Shown in pieces: positions 1 to 9,468 of a stretch of DNA of 32,000 nt. Location of the stretch: contig NC_014148.1 in assembly GCF_000092105.1 (NCBI RefSeq), forward strand, positions 3,270,001-3,302,000, given 5' to 3'. How positions within the stretch are numbered: position 1 is the stretch's first letter; every line of letters begins with the position of its first letter. Origin of the DNA: Planctopirus limnophila DSM 3776 (GTDB lineage Bacteria; Planctomycetota; Planctomycetia; Planctomycetales; Planctomycetaceae). The notes under the pieces are model-generated. The model ran no database searches and was not told the DNA's origin. It saw nothing but the letters and a program-made list of their open reading frames with translations. The position numbers and the translations under genes were made by a program.

Positions 1-222
1 ATAATTGCTGCATCCCCCGGGGAAAAGTCCCTGTTTCTTCAGCACGCGGATTCAGGAATCACTTCGCCGGAAGGTATCCCGGGAAAATGCGCGTCATCAG
101 GAGTGATTGAGACGAGAGATCGCGCTGGCATCGCGATGAAGAGGAATCTGAAAAACAAGGCCATCCACCTGGAAATCCGCATGCTCAAAGAGATTGTAAG
201 CCATAACCCACAAACAAGTTAA
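1..222 (+). CDS. possible 3' end of a CDS entering from upstream of the window (product unknown)
   Basis: Frame 1 is open from base 1 to TAA at 220-222 (73 codons). All three minus-strand frames here contain stops. No recognisable motif. Confidence 0.3.
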   Translation: MIAASPGEKSLFLQHADSGITSPEGIPGKCASSGVIETRDRAGIAMKRNLKNKAIHLEIRMLKEIVSHNPQTS

Positions 223-235
223 GACCAGCCTCAAG

Positions 236-556
236 TTAGACTGAAATTCGCCGCAAGTAGGAAATCAATTCGGCTGTCAGCTCCAGAATGTCATCCATCC
301 GATTTTCCCGGCAGGCCGATTCCACCTGAGCAGCCAGCAGGCTCAACTCCGGGAATCCATAACCACCTCCAGCCCCTTTGAGCTGGTGCGCCTTCCGCTT
401 CAGTTCATCGTGGGCTTTTTGCCCCAGCACCAGTTCCAGTTCAGAAATCCGCTCCGGCATCACTGCCACAAAATCAGCGATCAATTCTTCATAGTCGGGA
501 TCAGAAGCATATTCAGAGCGAACGGGTTGCATCAAACAATTCCTGGTTTCCAACAC
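236..556 (-). CDS. single-domain histidine phosphotransfer (Hpt) protein
   Basis: Canonical Hpt motif HQLKGAGGGYGF (HxxKG...G) in a helical protein of about 100 aa. The track start at 556 is GTG; the first ATG is at 532. Confidence 0.85.
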   Translation of the reverse strand: MLETRNCLMQPVRSEYASDPDYEELIADFVAVMPERISELELVLGQKAHDELKRKAHQLKGAGGGYGFPELSLLAAQVESACRENRMDDILELTAELISYLRRISV

Positions 557-601
557 AGTTTCGGCTGGGTGGCTCGAAAGGAAGCGGCGTGGAAGCCTGT
601 G

Positions 602-832
602 TTAGGCGGCCTTTTCCTGCCAGCCATGATTTTGAACCTGGACCGCTTCACTCGGTACCTTGGGAAGCAAATCCGCCGGCAATTGCCAGACATCATCTGA
701 ACGAGCATCCAGTCCTTCAGCAGCACGGAACCAGCCAGCCAGCTTGAGCAATACCAGCCCGGCGCCCAGCCCGGAAGCACACAGCAATAAAGCCGTGGCG
801 TCATCACCGATCAAGTGCCTGAGAATTTCCAT
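602..832 (-). CDS. small hypothetical protein with one hydrophobic segment
   Basis: ATG at 832 is preceded by GAGGAAG about 5 nt upstream. Hydrophobic stretch ALLLCASGLGAGLVLLKLAGW. Same strand as the Hpt gene and just upstream of it. No family recognised. Confidence 0.4.
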   Translation of the reverse strand: MEILRHLIGDDATALLLCASGLGAGLVLLKLAGWFRAAEGLDARSDDVWQLPADLLPKVPSEAVQVQNHGWQEKAA

Positions 833-1187
833 GATCTTCCTCGCCAGGAGGGTGCAAATGTCTGGTGTTGCACAAATCTGACCGGCTCATGGGAGCTGAT
901 CCTGCATTTGCCGCTTACCAGCGAAATGACTGACTTCGATGTCTGTTTTCCATCGACTTCTGCACTCCAGCGACTGCAATACAAAAACTTCATTCCTCAA
1001 GGATCAGGTGAACTCGCGCGTTAATCCCGGTGTATCCGCTCGGCTTGACGCCTCCACCGGCCTCAGGGATGCGAAAAATCGTCCTTGACCATTTCCATGG
1101 TTTTCTCGAAAACCCTGCTTGAGTTCATTCCCCGGATGCCTCAGGACATCCGCATGGCCATTTCACCAGAGGAGTACAGCGACCGTG

Positions 1188-2369
1188 ATGCCGCTGCTGC
1201 AGCGATACATCCTGGTCGATTTACTGAAGGTGTTCGCCGTCAGTGCTGCGGGCTTTACGCTTTTGCTCGTCTTTGCCGGGGTTTATGTTGAGGCCAAAGA
1301 ACATGGCCTGGGGCCTATGCAGATCCTGCAGATCCTCCCCTTCATCATCCCGACACTGCTCCCTTTCACAATTCCAACGGCACTGCTCCTGACGGTTTGC
1401 GTCGTTTACGGCCGATTATCGGGTGATCAGGAAATCATCGCTGCGAAAGCAGCCGGCATTCATATCATCTCCGTCCTCTGGCCGGCTTTTCTACTGGGTG
1501 TGGTTCTCAGCATCTTCACGCTCGTCATCACCGACCAGATGATTCCGTGGTCGATGAAGCGTATCCAGCGAACCATCGCAATGGCTGTCGAAGACATTTT
1601 TTTCGATGTCCTCAAAGCCCAGAACCAGTTGAATCTACGCGATCAAGGGCTCTCGATCACCGTCATGGATGTCCGCGACCGCACGCTTTACATGCCCACG
1701 TTCCGATACATGCGTGGCAATAAACCGGTCACTGTGCAGGCCAAAGAGGCCAGGCTCCGCTTTGATCTCGACCGTGATGTCGTTGTCATGGAATTCAAAG
1801 ATGGCTACATCAGCCTTCCGGATGATGCCAATACGCGTGTTCGCTTCCGCTATGATGCTCGCGAATTCCCCCTGCCCAACCGCAGTCAGAAGGCCAAATC
1901 CCGAGATATGACATCCCGGGAAATTCTGGCAGAAACGCGAGCGATGGCGACAGGCGATGCCACAGCCACCCGCCAACTGGCTATTGAGGCCGCTCTCATT
2001 CTGGCATCCGGCGATTTTGATCGCTTTGGGGAAAAAGAGTTCGCTGTCAGTCGCTATCAGGTCGACGAAGAACGCAACCGCAGCATGAAACTGACCACTG
2101 AACTCCACAACCGCATTTCCATGGCGTTTGGCTGTTTTTTCTTCGTGCTCGTGGGTGCACCATTTGCCGTCTATATGGCCAAGAACCAGTTTCTGACCAG
2201 TTTTCTCTTCTGTTTTGTTCCGATCCTGGTGGTCTATTACCCACTCTCCATGATGGCTCAAAATCTCAGCAAAGTCGGCAAGGTCGATCCCTCATGGGCG
2301 GTCTGGCTCCCTAATGGTGCTCTCACCTTGGGATTCCTCTACATCATTCGACAACTGGCCCGCAATTAA
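1188..2369 (+). CDS. LptF/LptG (YjgP/YjgQ) family permease
   Basis: N-terminus MPLLQRYILVDLLKVF is typical of the family. Topology is 3 TM + large soluble domain + 3 TM. The track ORF starts at TTG 1119; ATG 1188 with GGAG 13 nt upstream is the more likely start. Confidence 0.85.
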   Translation: MPLLQRYILVDLLKVFAVSAAGFTLLLVFAGVYVEAKEHGLGPMQILQILPFIIPTLLPFTIPTALLLTVCVVYGRLSGDQEIIAAKAAGIHIISVLWPAFLLGVVLSIFTLVITDQMIPWSMKRIQRTIAMAVEDIFFDVLKAQNQLNLRDQGLSITVMDVRDRTLYMPTFRYMRGNKPVTVQAKEARLRFDLDRDVVVMEFKDGYISLPDDANTRVRFRYDAREFPLPNRSQKAKSRDMTSREILAETRAMATGDATATRQLAIEAALILASGDFDRFGEKEFAVSRYQVDEERNRSMKLTTELHNRISMAFGCFFFVLVGAPFAVYMAKNQFLTSFLFCFVPILVVYYPLSMMAQNLSKVGKVDPSWAVWLPNGALTLGFLYIIRQLARN

Positions 2370-2436
2370 ACAGATCGGGCATCCGCACGATGAGACCAGA
2401 TTCCCGAATCTTCAGTCTCGCCTGAGACGATCCTCA

Positions 2437-3600
2437 TCACGATTTCCGCGGGACTGCCGTGCGAATCAGCCCTGGGGAAACATCCAGATCGAGTGGTGCC
2501 AATCGACCTTTTTCGACCAGTTCCCAACCCAGGCCTCCCATCGCTGCATTATCGGTACACAATTCCCGCGGAGCGACATGAAGTCGGAAACCTCGCTTTT
2601 TCGCCACTTGCTCCAGCTTTTCCCGAAAAGCCTGATTGGCTGCCACACCACCACCCACACAGAGCGAGGAATATCTCGTCTTTTTCAAAGCCTGAACCGC
2701 TTTTGCAACCAGAACATCGACGACAGCCGCCTGAAAACTCGCTGCCAGATCGGCTCGACGGGCATCATCCAATGGTGGGGGCTGAACTTTAGCTCCTTGA
2801 ATTCCATGAGCCGCATATAGCACGGCAGTCTTCAAGCCACTAAAGCTGAAATCGAGTCGATCTTCGTGAATGAAAGTCCGGGGAAAGGCAAAAGCATCCG
2901 CCCGGCCGGCTTTGGCAAACTTCTCGATCGCCGGGCCACCTGGAAACCCTAAATCGAGGACCTTGGCAACTTTATCGAAGGCTTCACCTGCAGCATCATC
3001 TGTCGTAGCCCCTAAGAGCTCAAAATCGACCGGCGAAGCACACGCATAGAGGTTCGAGTGTCCGCCACTCACGACCATTCCCACACAGGGATAGATCGAC
3101 TCCGCCTGACCCTTTTGCCCAGCGGCTTGACCCGATTGCGACCATAATGCCAACTGGCAGGCGTAAATGTGTGCCTGCAGGTGATCAATCGCGACCAGCG
3201 GCACTCCCAGGCTCCATGCCAGGGTTTTTGCAGCTGTCAATCCAATGAGTAACGAACCGACCAGTCCAGGTGTTGTCGCGACAGCAATGGCGGTCAAATC
3301 TGTAAGACGAATCCCCGCCTGCCTGATCGCTTCATCGATCACCGGCAGAATGTTCTGCACATGAGCCCGCGACGCCATTTCGGGAACCACGCCACCAAAG
3401 CGAGTATGCAATTCAAACTGGCTCGCCACCACATTCGAGAGCACCCGCCGCTGGCGATCAATCACTGCTGCGGCCGTTTCATCACAGGAAGATTCGATCG
3501 CCAGCAGAAAGCCACTTTCAGAAGATTCTGCAGCCACTGACGCTGCAGAATCTGGCGTAACAACATCAGATGGAAGCAAGTGGATTCCAGATTCTCTCAA
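2437..3600 (-). CDS. tsaD: tRNA N6-adenosine threonylcarbamoyltransferase TsaD (Kae1/YgjD family)
   Basis: Motifs LAIESSCDETAAAV, DHLQAHI (metal-binding His pair) and GGGVAAN. The start is uncertain: TTG at 3600, with in-frame GTG at 3537 more consistent with family N-termini. Confidence 0.9.
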   Translation of the reverse strand: MRESGIHLLPSDVVTPDSAASVAAESSESGFLLAIESSCDETAAAVIDRQRRVLSNVVASQFELHTRFGGVVPEMASRAHVQNILPVIDEAIRQAGIRLTDLTAIAVATTPGLVGSLLIGLTAAKTLAWSLGVPLVAIDHLQAHIYACQLALWSQSGQAAGQKGQAESIYPCVGMVVSGGHSNLYACASPVDFELLGATTDDAAGEAFDKVAKVLDLGFPGGPAIEKFAKAGRADAFAFPRTFIHEDRLDFSFSGLKTAVLYAAHGIQGAKVQPPPLDDARRADLAASFQAAVVDVLVAKAVQALKKTRYSSLCVGGGVAANQAFREKLEQVAKKRGFRLHVAPRELCTDNAAMGGLGWELVEKGRLAPLDLDVSPGLIRTAVPRKS

Positions 3601-3628
3601 AAGTTCGGATCAGGAAAATCTACCGTCT

Positions 3629-5149
3629 CTACCTGGCAGAATTTTCTTTGGAAGCAGAATCACCTTGAGGAGCAGTCCCAGCCGGGGATGTTTCAGCCTT
3701 GGCTTTATCTTTGTCTTCTTCTGGCTTGGCTTCTGCAGCCGGCGAGATTTTGGACTTCAGATACTCCACAGCCTTTGCCAACTGAGGATCATCAAACGTC
3801 GAAGCTCCGGCTTCTTTCCGCAGGACATCGCGCTGCCGACGGTATTCCAGATATTTCTGCATCTGCTCAGGTGTCATTTTCACTTCATAGCCCTCGGTGG
3901 GTTTGACACCCCATTCATCGGTTTCCTTCGAATTAGGGAAGCGATGAATGTTCTTACCACTGGGGCGATGATAGCTGGCTGTGGTCAGCTTGAGTGCGCT
4001 CTTGCCACCATCGACATTGATGACATTCTGTACGCTCCCTTTCCCCCACGATCTCTCACCCACAATGATCGCTCGATCATGATCCTGCAGTGCGGCACTT
4101 AAAATCTCACTGGCGGAAGCACTGAAGCGGTTCACCAGCACAACAACAGGAAAATCGCGAAACGTCCCCGACTTCTTTGCCTTGAAAACCTGTTCCTCGG
4201 TATTGCGACCACGAGTGCTCACAATCACACCACTATCAAGAAACATGTCGGCAATTTCAGTGGCGGCCGTCAACAGCCCGCCCGGGTTGTATCGCAGATC
4301 GAGAATCAAGCCCTTCATCCCCTGCTGATCCAACTCCTTCAGAGTTGATTTGATTTCGTCAGCACTGTTCCTGCCGAACTGAGAGAGCCGGACATAAGCC
4401 ACTTTGTCGAGCCCATCGAGGTAGAACGACCAGCTACCGTCCTCGTTGTACTTATCACCCAGCACGGAAGGAGTACGAATAATGGCCCGTTCGACGTCCA
4501 GCTCCACGGGTGTCGATTCGGTCTCGTGAAGCACACTCAGCTTCACGATCTCGCCGGGTTTACCTTTCATCAGCACGACGGCTGATTCGAGTTCTTTACC
4601 ATCGGCGAACTCGGCTGTCGGTTTTCCCGCGATCGAAAGAATTCGATCTCCGGCACGAATTCCAGCTTTATAGGCCGGTGTCCCGGGTAGTGGTGTCATG
4701 ACGACGAGCTGCCGCGTTTTGGGATCGAGGGAAACCTGAATGCCGATCCCGCCAAACTCCTGCTCCACCTGCTGAGTGAATTCAGCCAGACCCGATGAAT
4801 CGATGTAAGACGAATACGGATCCAGGTCAGCCAGCATGCCCCTCAAGGCCGATTCCAGCAGTTGCTTGCGATCCACAGGTTTCACATAGTTGCGTTCGAC
4901 CTGTTCAAACGAATCGACAAACAGTTTCATCAACTCGTAATATTCTTTCTCCCGAGCATCCGGAGGTGTGGCCTTTTCTTCGTCTGCCAGCACCAGCGAT
5001 GTCGGTGCCATCGCCAGCAAAACGGCGCCGCAGAACAAAGCCAGCCAAACCTCACGAGACCAGCCGCCTGGTAACCACCGACTGGCACAGCCCGTGTGGG
5101 AAAGTGATCCCGCATTCGGCGGTAGAAACTGCATCCGAGCTGAAAACAT
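3629..5149 (-). CDS. S41 family carboxyl-terminal processing protease with PDZ domain
   Basis: PDZ segment GIRAGDRILSIAGKP, catalytic-Ser region NRFSASASEI and Lys region YHRPSGKNIH. ATG 5149 is preceded by GGAGGA. It has an N-terminal TM/signal segment. The track start at 5266 is TTG and is probably upstream read-in. It lies 28 nt upstream of tsaD on the same strand. Confidence 0.9.
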   Translation of the reverse strand: MFSARMQFLPPNAGSLSHTGCASRWLPGGWSREVWLALFCGAVLLAMAPTSLVLADEEKATPPDAREKEYYELMKLFVDSFEQVERNYVKPVDRKQLLESALRGMLADLDPYSSYIDSSGLAEFTQQVEQEFGGIGIQVSLDPKTRQLVVMTPLPGTPAYKAGIRAGDRILSIAGKPTAEFADGKELESAVVLMKGKPGEIVKLSVLHETESTPVELDVERAIIRTPSVLGDKYNEDGSWSFYLDGLDKVAYVRLSQFGRNSADEIKSTLKELDQQGMKGLILDLRYNPGGLLTAATEIADMFLDSGVIVSTRGRNTEEQVFKAKKSGTFRDFPVVVLVNRFSASASEILSAALQDHDRAIIVGERSWGKGSVQNVINVDGGKSALKLTTASYHRPSGKNIHRFPNSKETDEWGVKPTEGYEVKMTPEQMQKYLEYRRQRDVLRKEAGASTFDDPQLAKAVEYLKSKISPAAEAKPEEDKDKAKAETSPAGTAPQGDSASKENSAR

Positions 5150-6178
5150 AAGGTTCCTCCTGTGTGACAGGCTTAACAGTTTTTTTCGTGCCTTGCTGAC
5201 TTTGTTTCTGAGTTGTTTAAAGTGATCAGGTGGCCTGCAATCAACTGACTGTACCGGCTGTCCCAATCCAAGCGAGCAGATTCCCGATGAGTAGCGCCGT
5301 CAGCCACTTAAGCACATTCACCATCGATTCGAGTATCTTACAGCTTAGTCATTTCACAGTATGGTCGCTACAAACCTTTTCTTCAGAAATGTCTGAACGG
5401 AAACAATCTCTGATTGGAACTCAATGCTCTCATGAATTGGCTCTTGCACCAACAACCACAACCCACTGACTTTCCATGAGCAATCAGGGTTCAACAGGAT
5501 CGGGTAAGCCGCATTGGGATCCATTCCAACATCCAAAAATTACAGTTAACAACAATCACCGTAAACACCTCAAATGATCGATTCGCTTGATATCAACGCC
5601 GATTCTTCTATAAACCTTGCGACACTTCACTCACGTCAAGCCAACGCACCAGGGAGTACAAGTGGAGCGACTAAATTTGATCACAGCCGATCACTCAGGT
5701 TTACACCTCATGGACTCGAAATTTCCGTAACTTACTCCCAAACAAAGCACAATTCTCTCTGAAAGACAGCCCACCTACTGAACAGAAAGCCGATAACAAC
5801 CAACACTTACGGATTTGAAACCTCAGGTTTTTACGTCGTATGGTTGAAATCTGTTAAGTTATGGCTAGGCTCTCAAAGACGCCCGGTTGTTTTGATCTTT
5901 TTATCCATCCCCCTGACCCGCTGCGAAAAACTGAGGCAGATACGAAAACGTGTGAGTCGTCGTTACTGATGGGAGAGTCATCTCCTCGACCATCGATGTA
6001 ACCGTCTTAACCTGGGCAGAGTGAGTGCACTCCAACTCAACCCTTGAAAAACGGACTACGAAAACTGCCAACACGACAGATCGAACAATCGCGACAGAGA
6101 CATGCATGGAGACTGTCACTGGTGTGTTATTCGGTCAGGTATGCAGGCACCTGAACTCACGAAAGTCTGGCTGATATT

Positions 6179-6601
6179 ATGGTTGAACCATCCGCAGAGC
6201 TCACCGTAGCAGAACTCGAACGCATGCTGACAAAACGTCGCCAGGAATTGACCTCGCTGATCGGTCAGCGAGATAAGCTCCAAAAAGAACTCGACGTCAT
6301 TTCGCGACGGATTACTGAGCTTCAAGGGGGGGCCGATTTCACCCCGAGTCGCTCACCAGCTTACAACAGCGGTCGCGGACGGAATCCTGTCTCGCTCAGA
6401 CACACAGTGATCTCCATTCTGACAAACCATCCGCCAGGGTATGCGCTCTCTGACCTGAGTGACAAGATCATCGAAACGGGCTACAAAACTTCCAGTAAAA
6501 ACTTCAGGAATGTTTTGTACCAGTGCCTGTACAATACCCCACAGATCTATCACGACTCCAAAACCGGGACTTATCGAATTAATCCCAAATCCGATACGTG
6601 A
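6179..6601 (+). CDS. hypothetical protein with N-terminal coiled coil and a C-terminal HARE-HTH-like winged helix
   Basis: Heptad-like N-terminus (AELERMLTKRRQELTSLIGQRDKLQKELDVISRRITELQ). The C-terminus SLRHTVISILTNHPPGYALSDLSDKIIETGYKTSSKNFRNVLYQCLY...GTYRIN resembles HARE-HTH by eye only. Confidence 0.6.
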   Translation: MVEPSAELTVAELERMLTKRRQELTSLIGQRDKLQKELDVISRRITELQGGADFTPSRSPAYNSGRGRNPVSLRHTVISILTNHPPGYALSDLSDKIIETGYKTSSKNFRNVLYQCLYNTPQIYHDSKTGTYRINPKSDT

Positions 6602-6697
6602 CAGTGAAATTTGTGTCACTGAGTTCGTTGATTCGATAGACCTCTTCGACTCACAACTCGTATCGAGACATCTCGACAGTCGTTAAGACCCGAGGCT

Positions 6698-7465
6698 TCA
6701 GGCAGCTCCAGCCAGTGCTTCTACACGACCTGCAGTCAGCCGCACAGTTCGGGTCGCTTCTCGCGCTAACTGGGCATCGTGGGTCACCATCACAATCGAA
6801 AGCTGCTCTTCGGTATTGAGCCGTTTGAGCAGATCCATAATTTCGCGACCAGTCTTTTCATCCAGGTTGCCCGTCGGCTCATCGGCAAGCAGTATCTGAG
6901 GTTGCGAAACGAGTGCCCGGGCAATGGCTGCCCGCTGCATTTCACCACCGGAAAGCTCCGAAGGCTTATGCGTCAATCGATGCGATAACCCCACGCGGTC
7001 GATCAATTGTTTGGCCCGGTCAATATGCGATCGACGGTTCTTCCAATACGACCAGATCGAATGGCGGATCATCAGTGGCAGAACCACATTCTCCACCAGC
7101 GTCAGTTCAGGCATCAGATGATAGAACTGAAACACGAAGCCAAAGACGCGATTACGAATCTGATCACGGGTGCGGGCTGGCAGATCATCAATCCGCTGTC
7201 CATCAAGCAGCACTTCACCCAGATCAGGGGCATCCAGTAACCCCATCAAATGCAGTAGCGTGCTTTTCCCTGAGCCCGATTGGCCCACGATCGATAGAAA
7301 CTCTCCGCGATCAATCGAGATATCGACTCCGCGAAGTACAGGAACCTGATGATCTCCCTTGCGGTAAGCCTTATCGATCCCCGTGGCGACAAGCTGTGCA
7401 TGAGGTGGCATGGCTGAACTGAGCAAGATTGTCTCGCAAGATTCGTCGACAACAGGATCGGACAT
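6698..7465 (-). CDS. lolD: LolD/MacB-type ABC transporter ATP-binding protein
   Basis: Walker A GQSGSGKST, signature LSGGEMQR, Walker B LLADEPT and H-loop VTHD. ATG at 7465; the alternative TTG at 7531 would abut the upstream permease stop. Confidence 0.9.
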   Translation of the reverse strand: MSDPVVDESCETILLSSAMPPHAQLVATGIDKAYRKGDHQVPVLRGVDISIDRGEFLSIVGQSGSGKSTLLHLMGLLDAPDLGEVLLDGQRIDDLPARTRDQIRNRVFGFVFQFYHLMPELTLVENVVLPLMIRHSIWSYWKNRRSHIDRAKQLIDRVGLSHRLTHKPSELSGGEMQRAAIARALVSQPQILLADEPTGNLDEKTGREIMDLLKRLNTEEQLSIVMVTHDAQLAREATRTVRLTAGRVEALAGAA

Positions 7466-7535
7466 CAGGCCGCCCTCACGACTAAGGTCGAAATAAACTT
7501 TGTTGGCTTGTTTGAACACAGGAAACCACAATCAA

Positions 7536-9086
7536 TTATTCAGAACGCAGTGCCTGAACTGGTTGCAACCGGGCAGCTCTGCGGGCCGGCAGAATACTGG
7601 CCAGCACGGCAATCCCCATCGCACCGAGTGCGACAGAAACGACCATCCAGGGATCAATGTATGTCGGTATCTCAGGGAAGTAATAAATCCGCTCATCGAA
7701 GACTTTGCGGCCCGTGATATAGGTAATCACCAGTTCAATCTGGTTGATATACCTCACAAACAGCAGCCCGCAGGCCACACCGCCACCACTCCCCACAACT
7801 CCTAAAGAGAGTCCATAGAGCAGAAAAATTGACATCACGCCCGTTGAACTGGCACCCAGAGCTTTCAACACTCCGATGTCGCGTGTCTTTTCCACGACAA
7901 TCATGAAAAAGATGGCCAGAATCCCGAAGCCAGCGACCGTAATGATCAGAAACAGGAGCACATTCAGGATGGATGATTCGACATCCACAGCAGCCAAGAG
8001 AGGCCCCTGCTTCTGTTCCCAGGTACGAATCGTATACAGCCCCGGCGGAAACGCGGCCCGCAACTTATCAACCACTTCACCCGCAGATCGGAAATCCTTG
8101 AGCTTCAACTGAATCGAAGTAATCGCCCTTTCGCCCGTTGTGGGATGCACCATCCCGCGAACCTGCTGCAGGTACTCGAGATTGCAAAAAACCAGTGAAG
8201 AGTCGTATTCACTCATTCCACTCTTGAACGTATCGACGACAGTCGCATTGAAATAGACAGGCTGTGGCGTCCCGGCTGTCACCGTACTGATTTTGACATC
8301 ATCACCTGTGCGTACCATCCACTGGGTACGAATTTTCCCTGTCTCGGCATCTTCGAATGGAAAACTGATGAGTCCAGCTCCAATGTAGAGCTTGCCGGGA
8401 AGTGGTTCTGTCGGATCCACAGGAGCCGGTGGCACTGCGGCACCATTAGCCTGCGCTTCCATGGCAAAGGGATCGACCACACTGTCATCCACAGCTGGCT
8501 TGCGATTTTCAGGAACAGCAGCACCTCGCTGACGCTGATCGTGCAGTCTCTGCTCGCGAAAGAAAGCCTCCTGAGCGGCTCGATCCCGGCGGTAGTTTCG
8601 TGCCGAGCTTGTTAATGACCAGCCCGGCGGCTCGTTCGCCTGCCGTTCCGCTTCACGAACAACTTCATCGCCCTCTTTTTCCTGTCGATAACTTTGCAGG
8701 TAATCGACCAGTGGGCCAACTTCGGCTTTACTTTGCGGATCAATTCCAATCAACGTCACGGGCCTGGTGATCCACTGGCCGGCATATTCGAAGCTGATCA
8801 TCCCGTAGATTTCGACAGTCGTCGTCATGCCGGCAATATGTTCACCGACGACTTTTTTCACGAGTGCCGCATGCGCATCGGGATTTTTCTCGCCATCGTA
8901 GCCATTGGTTTCAATGACCACATCAGAGAGCAACCCCTTAATCCGATCACGCATCTCACTGGAAAAACCCGCCATCACACTGTTGACGACAATCATGGTC
9001 GCCACACCCAGCATCACACTGATGATACTGGCCAGCGCAATGTATCTGGTTCGCAGATACTTCTGACACAAGAGCAGTTTATACAT
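7536..9086 (-). CDS. LolC/LolE-like (FtsX/MacB-type) ABC transporter permease with an enlarged periplasmic domain
   Basis: N-terminus MYKLLLCQKYLRTRYIALASI and C-terminal FtsX motif VLKALGASSTGVMSIFLLYG. About 516 aa against about 415 for typical LolC/E. ATG at 9086; the track TTG is at 9101. Confidence 0.85.
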   Translation of the reverse strand: MYKLLLCQKYLRTRYIALASIISVMLGVATMIVVNSVMAGFSSEMRDRIKGLLSDVVIETNGYDGEKNPDAHAALVKKVVGEHIAGMTTTVEIYGMISFEYAGQWITRPVTLIGIDPQSKAEVGPLVDYLQSYRQEKEGDEVVREAERQANEPPGWSLTSSARNYRRDRAAQEAFFREQRLHDQRQRGAAVPENRKPAVDDSVVDPFAMEAQANGAAVPPAPVDPTEPLPGKLYIGAGLISFPFEDAETGKIRTQWMVRTGDDVKISTVTAGTPQPVYFNATVVDTFKSGMSEYDSSLVFCNLEYLQQVRGMVHPTTGERAITSIQLKLKDFRSAGEVVDKLRAAFPPGLYTIRTWEQKQGPLLAAVDVESSILNVLLFLIITVAGFGILAIFFMIVVEKTRDIGVLKALGASSTGVMSIFLLYGLSLGVVGSGGGVACGLLFVRYINQIELVITYITGRKVFDERIYYFPEIPTYIDPWMVVSVALGAMGIAVLASILPARRAARLQPVQALRSE

Positions 9087-9119
9087 GTCGCTTCTCGCCA
9101 ATCCTTTGGCCGAACTGCC

Positions 9120-9359
9120 TTAGTAAATTCCGAAATTCTCCGTCAGTTCAGGATTGAGCGATGCCCTGATCAGCATCTCAAAGCCCAACATCAACACGAG
9201 GAAGCCGGAATTCCGATATAGCGGTTCCACCGCTTTTCGGAGCCCATCGATCCCGACTCTAAGACTTTCGGCAAAAACTGCCAAGACCAACACCAGACTT
9301 CCACATCCCGCTATTTCTCCCATCCCCTCAGCCAGCAATAAAATGGGACGAATAAGCAA
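9120..9359 (-). CDS. possible small membrane protein (hypothetical)
   Basis: Two hydrophobic stretches. It ends about 30 nt upstream of the permease start on the same strand. TTG start only (internal ATG at residue 13). No family recognised. Confidence 0.3.
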   Translation of the reverse strand: MLIRPILLLAEGMGEIAGCGSLVLVLAVFAESLRVGIDGLRKAVEPLYRNSGFLVLMLGFEMLIRASLNPELTENFGIY

Positions 9360-9468
9360 AGTAGGAAAGCAGCAAACGGCACAACATTACCTTCATCAAA
9401 GTTGTTAGCCCAGATCCCTGTCGCGAACAACCTGATCCCAATCAGCGAGGCGAACCTCGCTCCGTGCG

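Noticed and set aside
1635-2261. 208-aa ORF antisense to the LptF/G permease gene
   Set aside because: It lies fully inside a well-supported CDS on the other strand, and its His/Gly/Ala-rich sequence is not protein-like.
8694-9221. 175-aa plus-strand ORF overlapping the LolE-like permease 5' region
   Set aside because: It is a shadow ORF inside a supported minus-strand gene, with no motif and a biased composition.
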